25,965 nucleotides of DNA from a bacterium (GTDB taxonomy: Bacteria; DUMJ01): positions 1-25,965 of the forward strand of contig JBMFMV010000022.1 in NCBI GenBank assembly GCA_049970495.1, read 5' to 3'. Numbering within the stretch: position 1 is the stretch's first letter; each line of letters starts with the position of its first letter. Made by a program: the position numbers and the translations under genes. Shown in pieces: positions 17,155 to 25,965 of the stretch. The notes beneath the pieces were generated by a model. It worked only from the letters and a program-made list of their open reading frames with translations. It did no database searches and was not told the origin of the DNA.

Positions 17155-17183
17155 AATATACCACAACTTACACCTATATACAA
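17155..17183 (-). promoter_or_regulatory. Putative sigma70-type promoter for the beta-barrel gene
   Basis: TTGTAT (17183-17178), 17 nt, TATATT (17160-17155), with TGn extension. Confidence 0.6.
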
Positions 17184-17198
17184 CCTTTTATCTCTCAA

Positions 17199-17357
17199 GG
17201 AATTCTTATCCCTATAATAGAGCCTGTCCTTAATCCGATATGGATATTTCTTGCAATAGGAGAGACCCCTGGAAGGTATGCTCTGATAGGTGGGAGTATA
17301 ATACTAGTCCCTGTAACCCTAAGATATACAATACCACCAAGAAAAAGTAAAAGTTAG
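17199..17357 (+). pseudogene. 3' remnant of a DMT/EamA-family transporter gene
   Basis: ILIPIIEPVLNPIWIFLAIGETPGRYALIGGSIIL matches the last two helices of EamA/DMT proteins (EP...W..L..GE.P....L.GG..IL). The rest of the roughly 280-300 aa protein and any SD are missing. Confidence 0.7.
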
Positions 17358-18139
17358 CTACCCGTATGATTATAGAATTCTTTTAGAAATTCCACATAAT
17401 TTTTTATAATATCTTTCATAATCTCTTCTCCTGTCTCTTTCGAAGCAACAGTTGGATCTCCATAGATACCTGTCTTACTCTCCTGAATTCCCCATGTAGA
17501 CCAGAAGACTTTCATACCTCCTACGAAGTTATCCCCAGGATAAAATTTAGAATGGTATTTCATAATGTCTTCATTAGTGGCAAATTCCATATTTACTAAC
17601 TCAGGTTTTAGATAGAGCATAAGGCTAGTTTCGTATTCTCCGCCATGAATAGACCCCCCCTGAATAGATTTCCTTACTTTTGGAACAACTTCTGAAGCCA
17701 TAACACCTACATCGGTTATAGCAATAAATACATCATATGAGTCAGCAATCTTCCTTGCTACTACTCTTAGGGCTTCTGCATTGTGCCCATGTCCATTTAT
17801 GATTACAATTTTTCTGAAACCCATCTCAATAAGTGAACCACAAAGGTCAAAACACAAGTTCATAAAGGTATCTACAGAAATCCTACATGTTCCTGGCCAT
17901 TTCATCATCTTCTTTTCTGAATATCCCGTCCATACTGTAGGCATAACAAGAATAGGAATTTCATTCCTTATTACTTCTGCTACTCTCTTAGTCACTTCCT
18001 CTGCTATTATACAATCCGTATTAACAGGAAGATGTTTCCCATGTTCTTCAATAGTACCAACAGGAATTAAAACTAAAGTATTATCTTCTATAGCCTTTTG
18101 CAACTCAATCCAACTTTTCTCGGCAAAATATATAGACAT
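17354..18139 (-). CDS. Creatininase-family amidohydrolase
   Basis: PVGTIEEHGKHLP..TD, INGHGHN, HGGEYETS, G.YGDP..A..E.G. SD GGAGGAGG. Confidence 0.9.
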   Translation of the reverse strand: MSIYFAEKSWIELQKAIEDNTLVLIPVGTIEEHGKHLPVNTDCIIAEEVTKRVAEVIRNEIPILVMPTVWTGYSEKKMMKWPGTCRISVDTFMNLCFDLCGSLIEMGFRKIVIINGHGHNAEALRVVARKIADSYDVFIAITDVGVMASEVVPKVRKSIQGGSIHGGEYETSLMLYLKPELVNMEFATNEDIMKYHSKFYPGDNFVGGMKVFWSTWGIQESKTGIYGDPTVASKETGEEIMKDIIKNYVEFLKEFYNHTGS

Positions 18140-18150
18140 AGTTCCTCCTC

Positions 18151-19617
18151 CTATAAAAGTTTGCTCTGGATCTCTAGATATTCCATATAGAGTTCACCGT
18201 AGATCTCTATCTTCCTAATTTCAGGTTCTATAAGAGATGCTTTCTTTCTTATTAAAGGAATAATTTCCTTATAGTCTCTAAATATCCCCGTAACTATTCC
18301 TGCTAATAAAGAAACCCCTATAAGAGGCATATCAGGATAGGGAAACACAAATAAAGGTTTTGCTAGCACGTTAACAAAGATTTCTCTTATAAGTTTCCCC
18401 TTCGCACCTCCACCAAATAGGACTAAATCTTCTACCTCCCCAGATAATTCCTCTATCACCTCTATATTTTTCTTTACCTGAAAAGCTAATCCCTCAATTA
18501 CCGAACAGATGATATCAGATTTAGTAGTTGAAAGAGTAATTCCATAAAACGTCCCAGGTAGTTCTTCCTTCCAGTAAGGTGATGTAGCACCAGCAAGATG
18601 AGGAAAAAAGAATAGCTTATTAAACTTATCTTTACTTTTTTTACCCTCTTCCATCATATCGTTAAAGGACTCAATTGAAAATATATCTTTAAGCCAATTA
18701 AGACTACTTCCTCCAGTACCAATTACTCCTTCTAGGATATACTGATGGGGAATTAAATAGGAAAAGCAAGGAATCCTCATAAGAGGATCTAGTATAGGAT
18801 CACCTATAACTCTACTTACAGCTATAGCTGTTCCAAAGGAGATCGAAACAGTAGAGTCCTCTTTAATAAGTCCTGCTCCAAATACCCCACATTTTTGATC
18901 TTGTCCTCCTAAGATTACTAGTGTATCGCTTTCTAAGTTTAGTTCTTGAGTTATGTCGTTTCTAATATATCCTATTACTTCTCCTCCCCATGAAAGACTA
19001 GGGAGTTTCTCTATAGGGATTCCAAAGGTCTCTAATAATTCCATACACCAATCCTGTCTTTCGATATCATAGAGGAGGGTTCCAGATGCCATAGAGTGAT
19101 CAGTCACAGGAATTCCAGTAAGTTTCGCTATTATGAAATCTTCTCCCATTAGAAATTTATAAGCTTTATCATAAATATCAGGTCTATTCTTTTTAAGCCA
19201 TATAAGCTTAGGTAATACATAAGCAGGATTTAACCTTTTCCCAGTTTTCTTAAAGATCTCGGTAAAGGAGAACTTTTCTTCTATTGTTTTGGTCTCTATT
19301 ATTGCCCTAGTATCAAGCCAACTTATAGCATTGTATATGGGATTAAAGCCTCTATCTACAGGGACAAATGATATCCCCTGAGAGGATATACCTAGTGCTC
19401 TTATCTCTTTTGGTTCTATCCTCGCATTTTTAATTACCTCTTTTATTAACGTTTTCACAAGATCCCACCAAAGAGTTGCATCCTGTTCTATCTCTTTAGA
19501 AGAGATCACTATAAGTGGATATTCTCTATAAGCTTCTTCTATAAGTGTAAGCCTTTCTGGGTCAAAAATACCTACTTTACATCCTGTAGTACCTAAATCA
19601 ATCGCTAGAATTTTCAT
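18151..19617 (-). CDS. FGGY-family carbohydrate kinase (xylulokinase-like)
   Basis: AIDLGTTGCK, EQD...WW, ISSQG, SWLDTR, PKLIW, TDHSMASGT, GGQDQ, FPHLAG..SP, EG.AF, GGGA. The ATG at 19617 (MKILAID) is preferred over the TTG at 19626. Confidence 0.92.
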   Translation of the reverse strand: MKILAIDLGTTGCKVGIFDPERLTLIEEAYREYPLIVISSKEIEQDATLWWDLVKTLIKEVIKNARIEPKEIRALGISSQGISFVPVDRGFNPIYNAISWLDTRAIIETKTIEEKFSFTEIFKKTGKRLNPAYVLPKLIWLKKNRPDIYDKAYKFLMGEDFIIAKLTGIPVTDHSMASGTLLYDIERQDWCMELLETFGIPIEKLPSLSWGGEVIGYIRNDITQELNLESDTLVILGGQDQKCGVFGAGLIKEDSTVSISFGTAIAVSRVIGDPILDPLMRIPCFSYLIPHQYILEGVIGTGGSSLNWLKDIFSIESFNDMMEEGKKSKDKFNKLFFFPHLAGATSPYWKEELPGTFYGITLSTTKSDIICSVIEGLAFQVKKNIEVIEELSGEVEDLVLFGGGAKGKLIREIFVNVLAKPLFVFPYPDMPLIGVSLLAGIVTGIFRDYKEIIPLIRKKASLIEPEIRKIEIYGELYMEYLEIQSKLL

Positions 19618-20101
19618 ATAGACCAAGCTCCATACAGTATATAACTCTCTTTACTTTAAAACCCATCTTTTGATAAAGATGAAAAGCTTTCTTATTATCC
19701 TCATAAACTGTTAAAGCTATCCCCTTTTTATTTAATTTTTTAGCAGTTTCTATAAGGTATTCCATCAAAATATGCCCTAGTTTCTTATTCTGATAGCCGT
19801 TACGAATGTATATTCCAAGACTCGGTACTTCAGTATTCAAATCCCAAAGGAATCCATATCCAATGGCTAATTCTCTTTCTCCAGAGGGAAGAATTACAAG
19901 TACTCTAAAGACATTCGGATTCCCTACCTCTTCAATAAGCTTCTTAGCTGTTTCTTTGTCGAAAGGATGAGGATGGAAAAAATATCTATCAGTATCAGTA
20001 ATAGCTGTAAAGAGTTCATAGAGAATTTCAAAATCATCTTTAGATAGTGGCCTAATCTTAACTTTCCCTATAGGAGTTTCTCTTTCTATCACTTCATTCA
20101 T
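19598..20101 (-). CDS. GNAT-family N-acetyltransferase
   Basis: IRPL..DD, acetyl-CoA-binding motif YQNKKLG..L, LTVYEDNKKAFHLYQKMGF. Overlaps both neighbours. Confidence 0.9.
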   Translation of the reverse strand: MNEVIERETPIGKVKIRPLSKDDFEILYELFTAITDTDRYFFHPHPFDKETAKKLIEEVGNPNVFRVLVILPSGERELAIGYGFLWDLNTEVPSLGIYIRNGYQNKKLGHILMEYLIETAKKLNKKGIALTVYEDNKKAFHLYQKMGFKVKRVIYCMELGLYENSSD

Positions 20102-22647
20102 CTCAATCTCCCTCTTAATGTAACTATTTCGTATGGTTTTATCTCGAAAGAGATCTCCTTATCTTTCAATCTAACATAAGATCCCTCTAAGCGATTACCT
20201 ATAAAGTCTTCTGGGAATACTTCTTTAAAATTAAAGTGGGTATGTAATCTTACTTCTCGTTTCTTCCCCACAGGCTCAAATAACCTTATAATTATATCTT
20301 CTCCCTCTCTATAAATTGCTGAAACCACAATATCTTCTGGTATAAGAGAAAGAAAACTATAATAGGGCGGAAGTGCTTTGTCTAATCCCCTTTGAGGATC
20401 AAGTACTACAGGATTATTCTTTAGTTTAAGAGATGTTTTTACCGTTTCAGATTCGTCTATTTCATCCATACTCACTTTTATAGAGTAAGAAAACAGATGT
20501 CTCCCTATCCCTTCTATGGAGGAGTTTACATGCTCCTCCCAAGTCCCTTGTGGTCTAACAATACTATTTATTAAAATATGTCCTAAGGTATTTAATTTTT
20601 TGTCATATATAAAGTATCTATCACCATTAATATTCCAGAAAACAGTGGAATAATTCTTCCCCTTATGGATAACAAAACTCTTTGCAAAGAACATCCCTTC
20701 TCTCTGCCTATGTATATTATCCCAACCTTTACCAGGTAACTTACCATAAGGCTCACTTTCAATAGGCTTTCTCTCTATACCAAATGGGATATCCCCTAAT
20801 AATTCTCCCTGACTATCGAGAGGGATCATAGCTAATAAAAATCCATTTCCACCCTTCCAATCAACCTCGGTCAAAAATTCTATCCTATCCTCTTCATCAA
20901 ATAGCATTATATCCTGGACTACATTATGACCCCCTATGTTACCCCATAATCTATAAGCCCATCTTAGAGGTCCTTCCTCTATAACTTCATACTTATGCCA
21001 CTGAACATCACAACAACCCGTAATGGGTCCTACATGTAGTACCCCACCTTCTGTATCAACTCCATAATAACGAAGGTGATTCCAAGGGATACTTTCAGAA
21101 GCTTTGTATGTATTCTTTGTCTTATTATCTATGATTTCAACAACTCTACCTGCTTCTAGTTTTATATCTAGCCTTGGAGACCCTTTTAATATGTGACTCT
21201 TTTCAGACTCTTCTATCTTTATTATGTTATATCCTAGAGAAGGAAGGTCTATCCGAGCCAATACATCCCATTCCCATACTTTTTCTGGCCAGATATAATT
21301 CTTAAGAACCTGAAAAGGAATAATATTGTTATTGCCATCTTTTAGTTGGACCTTATCTATATTTGATACTGGGAGAGTAATTTTTACTAAAGGGTCATAC
21401 TTAAAACTTAACGAATTGAATATTACCGCGGAACAATTCTCTGGAATATCTATATGGAACATTATATCTCTTAACGCCTTGTTTCTTGAATAAACTCCTT
21501 CAGATACAACTCTAGAAGCTAACGAGTAGATTTCTTGGAAGTCTTCTTCGAAAAGCCACTGAGTAGCATGAGCAGAGGCGGTTAATAGATCTTCCCATAA
21601 GCCTTGGTAATTAGTACTCTCTCCAGTGAACATACTAGAGATAGTGTTCCACTTCTCTGCTTCTACAAGAGCACAATCTCCTTTATATCTCAGTGCCCAC
21701 AAACCTTTCTCTCCATTCCATGCTGCATTATAACAGACATCACATGGATCTATCGTCCCTTCTACTAGAGGTAACGTTTCCTTAATATCTTCTAACGCTC
21801 TATAGAACTCTAAAGGAGTAGCAAAAATCATCGGTGTTTTCTCTCTCCTATTCCACTCTTCTACTATACCAATAAGGTCTATTGGAAGCTCATCTTGTCC
21901 AGGATATGTTCTCAATGGAAGCATATCGTCCATTCCATGACTTACCCAAAGAAGTTTTGTTTTAGAGGTAGAAAGTATATACTCTAATTCTAACTCATAC
22001 AGAGTATAAAGAGTCTTTTCCCAATCCTTTTTGTAATCTAGTTCTGCCAATTCTTTCTGTCCTAAGCCAGCATAGCTACCTCTACTTACTAGGATCTCAC
22101 TTCCATCTAGCCCTTTCCATATGAATTCGTTAGGGATTCCTTTCACTGTCATTACCTCATGTGGCCTCCAGCATCTAAAATATTTATATCCAGCCTTTCT
22201 TAAAATCTGAGGCATTTGAGGATGTCCGAGAGCTACATCTACCGCATCTGCATGAACAGAAAGATCAGCATCAGGGAAAAGATTCTTAAAATATTTCCTC
22301 CCAATAACAAGGTTTCTTATGAATGTCTCCTCTCCTACCATATTAGGTCTTACGTTAGCGTATCCTCCACAGACACCAATCTTACCTTCTTTAACAAATT
22401 CCTTAAGTCTTTCAATCTTTCCTGGATATTTTTCTAAGAATGGGGTTAATTCCATCTTATAATTATCCATATACCATCTAAATTGGGGATAATTTTCAAG
22501 AATCTCTAGAATAGAATTTATTATGCTGGCATATCTTTCTCTATGCCATTTTCTTGTATGAGTCCACGCCCAATCACAATGGGCGTATGGAATAATGAAA
22601 ATCTTAGTATCTTTTAATGCTTTTCTGATTTCTTCCATACTGTTCAT
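20098..22647 (-). CDS. Glycoside hydrolase family 38 (alpha-mannosidase-like), divergent
   Basis: HCDWAW metal motif, GEETFIRN...G, D...GH.QMPQIL..AG, F.W.GLDGS, VIFNSL, DIPFG, C-terminal IIRLFE...IKPYEIVTL. Confidence 0.85.
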   Translation of the reverse strand: MNSMEEIRKALKDTKIFIIPYAHCDWAWTHTRKWHRERYASIINSILEILENYPQFRWYMDNYKMELTPFLEKYPGKIERLKEFVKEGKIGVCGGYANVRPNMVGEETFIRNLVIGRKYFKNLFPDADLSVHADAVDVALGHPQMPQILRKAGYKYFRCWRPHEVMTVKGIPNEFIWKGLDGSEILVSRGSYAGLGQKELAELDYKKDWEKTLYTLYELELEYILSTSKTKLLWVSHGMDDMLPLRTYPGQDELPIDLIGIVEEWNRREKTPMIFATPLEFYRALEDIKETLPLVEGTIDPCDVCYNAAWNGEKGLWALRYKGDCALVEAEKWNTISSMFTGESTNYQGLWEDLLTASAHATQWLFEEDFQEIYSLASRVVSEGVYSRNKALRDIMFHIDIPENCSAVIFNSLSFKYDPLVKITLPVSNIDKVQLKDGNNNIIPFQVLKNYIWPEKVWEWDVLARIDLPSLGYNIIKIEESEKSHILKGSPRLDIKLEAGRVVEIIDNKTKNTYKASESIPWNHLRYYGVDTEGGVLHVGPITGCCDVQWHKYEVIEEGPLRWAYRLWGNIGGHNVVQDIMLFDEEDRIEFLTEVDWKGGNGFLLAMIPLDSQGELLGDIPFGIERKPIESEPYGKLPGKGWDNIHRQREGMFFAKSFVIHKGKNYSTVFWNINGDRYFIYDKKLNTLGHILINSIVRPQGTWEEHVNSSIEGIGRHLFSYSIKVSMDEIDESETVKTSLKLKNNPVVLDPQRGLDKALPPYYSFLSLIPEDIVVSAIYREGEDIIIRLFEPVGKKREVRLHTHFNFKEVFPEDFIGNRLEGSYVRLKDKEISFEIKPYEIVTLRGRLR

Positions 22648-23987
22648 CTTAACACTTCCTTTCCTATCCCCATAAATTTACACAGTTCTTCTAGATCTCT
22701 TATCCAATCTCCGTACGCTATACAATAATGTTGGCTCGGGATATATTCTAGAAATTCTTCTTCAGTAAAGTTTACTTTTATATTTAATGCAGGGAACCTA
22801 CCCATACGAGGTTTAGTATCTATGCCTTCTCCCTTTACTATACTCATCTTATAACTTCCTATCCCTTCATAAAGTCTTACCATAGTAATTTCTCCTTCTT
22901 TAAGTACCCCAGAATTTATCAACCCTTTAAATCCAGGATATCCAAGCTCTCTTATGGTAGGTTTATACTTAGAGAGCGAGAAAGGCATAAACCCACAGGA
23001 AGATAATAAAATCCTTCCGTCCTCCCAATCTAGTATATCACCATAATATATGACTTGATTAGTAATTAGATGCATTATTACTGCACTTACAGTAGTCATT
23101 ACATCTCCCTCACAGGTAGTGACTATCCCTGAATCTGCTAGAAGAGAACAGGGGATACAAGCTACAGCTCCATACTCTTGGGATAATTCATACTGGCATT
23201 TTACGTTCACTGCATCTAAGTAATACTCATTAGATAGTTCTTTCAGGGCCTTATACATCCTGGCTACTTTTTCTAGCTTTTCTTCTGTAGCATCCTGATG
23301 TATATGTGCCTTTTCCTTTAATACTCCAATGGTCTGTTTTGTTTCCTTTATCCTTTCTATCCTATTTATCAAAGTATAGGTATCAAACTGGATAACCTCT
23401 GGACCTATAAACCTTCTTAACAAGGCATGATCAAATGTCCCTGGATACATCCCCATAGACGCATAACCTATAAGTCCTATCCTTACTCTCTTTAATGTCT
23501 TCATTGTATATGCTATTCTAGAAAAAATAGTAGCTCTCTCCAATGCTCTCTTATCATCAGGGAATCCTACTATCCAGAAGTATCTATATCCCATTCTATC
23601 AAGGGTTCCTTTTAATACAGTCAATGCTACGTAAGAACCAGTAGAATCTTTTTCTCCTTTTTTAACAAAGGGAGTGTCCTCCCCCCTTATAAATTGAGGA
23701 TATCCCCATAGAGCAAATGGAAGGTGTTCGATCTCCCTTATAGCACTTATAGCCACAGGACATTCGATCCATGTACCTAAAAAGATTATTACCCCATCTA
23801 AGTCTTCCTTTACTAATTCTAAGGCTAAGTTCCTTGCTGTAATAGGGTCTACAATAGGCATATCTTTATAGCTAACTTCTATTCCTACCTTTCTTAGATT
23901 TTCTACCGCCTTATCAGCTATCATTCTGGCTATATCGTTAGGATAATCTCTATGACCTATGTTTAAGAAACCCAATTTAGAAGACAT
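22644..23987 (-). CDS. L-fucose/L-arabinose isomerase superfamily protein
   Basis: R.GLIG...GM, A..Y.AL.......LDA..VKC..E, TCEGD (metal Glu), YGD (Asp), LSSCG, G.IT..R, SQHYCIAYGD (His). Confidence 0.8.
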   Translation of the reverse strand: MSSKLGFLNIGHRDYPNDIARMIADKAVENLRKVGIEVSYKDMPIVDPITARNLALELVKEDLDGVIIFLGTWIECPVAISAIREIEHLPFALWGYPQFIRGEDTPFVKKGEKDSTGSYVALTVLKGTLDRMGYRYFWIVGFPDDKRALERATIFSRIAYTMKTLKRVRIGLIGYASMGMYPGTFDHALLRRFIGPEVIQFDTYTLINRIERIKETKQTIGVLKEKAHIHQDATEEKLEKVARMYKALKELSNEYYLDAVNVKCQYELSQEYGAVACIPCSLLADSGIVTTCEGDVMTTVSAVIMHLITNQVIYYGDILDWEDGRILLSSCGFMPFSLSKYKPTIRELGYPGFKGLINSGVLKEGEITMVRLYEGIGSYKMSIVKGEGIDTKPRMGRFPALNIKVNFTEEEFLEYIPSQHYCIAYGDWIRDLEELCKFMGIGKEVLR

Positions 23988-23996
23988 AGACTTCCT

Positions 23997-24821
23997 CTAC
24001 TTGATCTCCTTCAAAGCTTCTTCAACAGAGGCATCATCATGGACAATTCGACAGATAGCCCTAGTTATTGCCACCGGATCTCTATATGCCCATACATTTC
24101 TTCCCACCGATACTCCTTTTGCTCCGCAGTCCATAGCTTCTCTGATAAATCTCAAGAATATCTCAGGGTCTTCTGAGGAGGGTCCCCCAAGGACAACATA
24201 GGGAACAGGGCAATACCTAATTACCCCTTTAAAGCTTTCTGAATCTCCAGTATAATAGCCTTTGACTATATCTGCTCCCAATTCAGCAGCTACTCTTGCG
24301 CTATATTTAACTATCTCTGGATCTTTAGGCCATCTACGTTCTGCCCTATCTTTAAATTGATGTACTAACATCTCTTCTGGTATCATTTCTACCATCATCG
24401 GCATACCCCATTTCTCACAGACTTCGTTTACTTGTCCAATTTTTTGAGAAAGCTCTGCCTCTCTAGGTACTCCGATAACTCCAAATGTAGCTACTGCATC
24501 TGCGCCCATAGCTAATGCTCCTTCTACAGAATAGATAAGCCTATCATTCGTTAGATCTGGTCCAATAGAAGTCGCAGTTCCATCTATACGTAGCATAAGA
24601 GAAATCTTACCTATCAGTTCTTCTTTTACAATACGAGCAATCCCTGGGGTTAATAAAATTGCGTCCGCTCCTCCTTGAGCTATCTTTCTTACTACTTCTT
24701 TAGGATTCTCAATCTCTTTCATAGGATTTATGCATATCCCGTGGTCAGCAGTTACTAACACCATCCTTCCACTTTTAGCATTGAATAATCTTGCCATCCT
24801 GATCTCTTTCCCTAAACTCAT
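23997..24821 (-). CDS. Class I aldolase, DhnA/FbaB/LsrF family
   Basis: GK.IR..RLF...SGR....DHG, GADA.L..PG, SVE.AL..GADAV, R.AAELGADIVK (Schiff-base Lys), PVP....GGP, GA.G...GRNVW. Confidence 0.9.
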   Translation of the reverse strand: MSLGKEIRMARLFNAKSGRMVLVTADHGICINPMKEIENPKEVVRKIAQGGADAILLTPGIARIVKEELIGKISLMLRIDGTATSIGPDLTNDRLIYSVEGALAMGADAVATFGVIGVPREAELSQKIGQVNEVCEKWGMPMMVEMIPEEMLVHQFKDRAERRWPKDPEIVKYSARVAAELGADIVKGYYTGDSESFKGVIRYCPVPYVVLGGPSSEDPEIFLRFIREAMDCGAKGVSVGRNVWAYRDPVAITRAICRIVHDDASVEEALKEIK

Positions 24822-25965
24822 TTATTGTCCTCCTTTTCGAACTTTAACAAAATATTCTTGATTTCACTAGGTTTAAATACTAAATGAATGCTTTTATCCT
24901 CTGCTTGGAGTCTCTCCATAGGTTCCTCCAACATATTTGAATCCCATGCTTCAGTTAGTTTAAATGGAAACAGTATATTGACCTCTCCTCCTCTACCTTC
25001 TGCATCAAAACATCTCAAGAGCCAAAAGTTGTTCTTGTAAGATTTTTTAATAGTGGTAATTACAATACTGGGATTATCCACCTCACATAGAGTAAAATCT
25101 TCTGGTAGTATAGATTTGAGAGATTTTATTGGTTCAATAACATTTGGGTTAAACATCTCAAGAGGGTTGTTGAATTCCCATCCTATTCTCCAGCTATGAC
25201 TCTCTCTCCAATCTCTGTCATGAGCTACTAGAGAAAAGCTGAATGTATGAAGCCCCTTATTAAGACTCCAAGTAAATGGATCTCCGCAACTATAAGTAGA
25301 TCTGAGAATAATCGCTTCTATAGTAGTACCACTGAGAAGATGAGAACAATTCTGAGTACCAAAAGTAACTCCAAAATCTTCATTACTTATATCTATCCAC
25401 TTTTGGACAAACTTCCCTCCACTACCTCTATAGGTATTAGGCATCTCATCTTTGTCAAGTTCAACTCCATAGAATGGAACCTCATAGGTGATTTTACCAT
25501 TAGGAATATCAAATGGAAATCTCACCCTTACTTGTGTATTCTTCTCACCTTCCCAATCTATAGTTACTTTAAAATCAATTCTAGGTATATGTTGATACAG
25601 AATAATATCTTCTTCTACAAGTGAATTCAAGACCTTACCTTTAATCCTTACTATAGTTCTAAGTAATCCACTTTCTATAATCTCTATCTCATCTCTAGAG
25701 AAAGTCCATTTTATACCGGTGAAGTTACTTCTTCCATCTCTATAATATTCTTCTGGTTCATACTCTAATTCCTCCTTAATTACTCTTGGAACTGCCTCCT
25801 TTTGGGCTTGTTCTTCTAGGGCATCTTCAAGATCCCATCTCAGATCTTCTACTACTATAACATCCCCCAATTCATGGCTTAATTCTCTTTCTCTGGTTTT
25901 CCACCAAAGTTTGACTTTATTCTTCTCTGTAACTTCAATCCTATAGAAGGGACTTTCAACCGATA
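24818..25965 (-). CDS. Glycoside hydrolase family 38, C-terminal part; 5'-truncated by window edge
   Basis: The frame stays open from 25870 to the window end (SVESPFYRIEV...). Contains RIDF...IDW, RVRFP, YEVPF, QKWID.S, ILRS, G.H.F.F.L, IKKS...LLR.FD, FKP.EIK, all typical of GH38 C-terminal domains. Confidence 0.85.
   Translation of the reverse strand, partial: SVESPFYRIEVTEKNKVKLWWKTRERELSHELGDVIVVEDLRWDLEDALEEQAQKEAVPRVIKEELEYEPEEYYRDGRSNFTGIKWTFSRDEIEIIESGLLRTIVRIKGKVLNSLVEEDIILYQHIPRIDFKVTIDWEGEKNTQVRVRFPFDIPNGKITYEVPFYGVELDKDEMPNTYRGSGGKFVQKWIDISNEDFGVTFGTQNCSHLLSGTTIEAIILRSTYSCGDPFTWSLNKGLHTFSFSLVAHDRDWRESHSWRIGWEFNNPLEMFNPNVIEPIKSLKSILPEDFTLCEVDNPSIVITTIKKSYKNNFWLLRCFDAEGRGGEVNILFPFKLTEAWDSNMLEEPMERLQAEDKSIHLVFKPSEIKNILLKFEKEDNK

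Noticed and set aside
17148..17357. 69-aa ORF as an intact small gene
   Set aside because: TTG start without SD; the first ~17 codons coincide with an opposite-strand promoter; only the tail looks protein-like, so it is treated as a remnant.
13904..25624. Short + strand ORFs opposite - strand genes (13904-14104, 15204-15455, 16717-16923, 17781-18218, 22216-22437, 23959-24201, 25247-25624)
   Set aside because: Antisense shadows of conserved genes, rich in Ser/Ile/Phe/Pro, with no family features.
1..25965. CRISPR arrays, IS elements, integrases, tRNA/rRNA genes, prophage
   Set aside because: Intergenic gaps are all under 200 nt, with no periodic repeats, transposase or integrase motifs, or structural RNA signatures seen by eye; one MuF-like motif does not indicate a prophage.

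Overview
AT-rich, gene-dense bacterial chromosomal window with no mobile element, CRISPR array, rRNA or tRNA that I can see. Lys/Glu/Ile-rich proteins and a probable outer-membrane beta-barrel suggest a thermophilic diderm saccharolytic organism (inference only). Left to right: (1) the end of a + strand uptake/catabolic cluster: 5'-truncated family-5 ABC solute-binding protein, 20-bp hairpin, URO-D-fold protein, FAD oxidoreductase; (2) a convergent Gfo/Idh/MocA dehydrogenase and a secreted Ig/CARDB-like protein; (3) a tightly packed + strand operon: orphan MalK-type ATPase, BCAM0308-like protein, Hsp20, lon, transketolase, terminator; (4) a - strand two-gene unit: pyrB behind a PyrR-type leader that appears to act by Shine-Dalgarno sequestration, overlapping a full-length class II aldolase homologue that has lost all three Zn-binding histidines; (5) a membrane-anchored protein with a MuF-like Cys/His C-terminus, a small beta-barrel candidate and a DMT/EamA remnant; (6) a - strand sugar-catabolic operon: GH38 (partial), class I aldolase, FucI-like isomerase, GH38, GNAT, FGGY kinase, creatininase-family hydrolase. 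The best candidates for undescribed biology are the pyrB-coupled pseudo-aldolase with its RNA switch and the GH38 operon of unknown substrate. All family assignments come from motif recognition by eye, not database searches.
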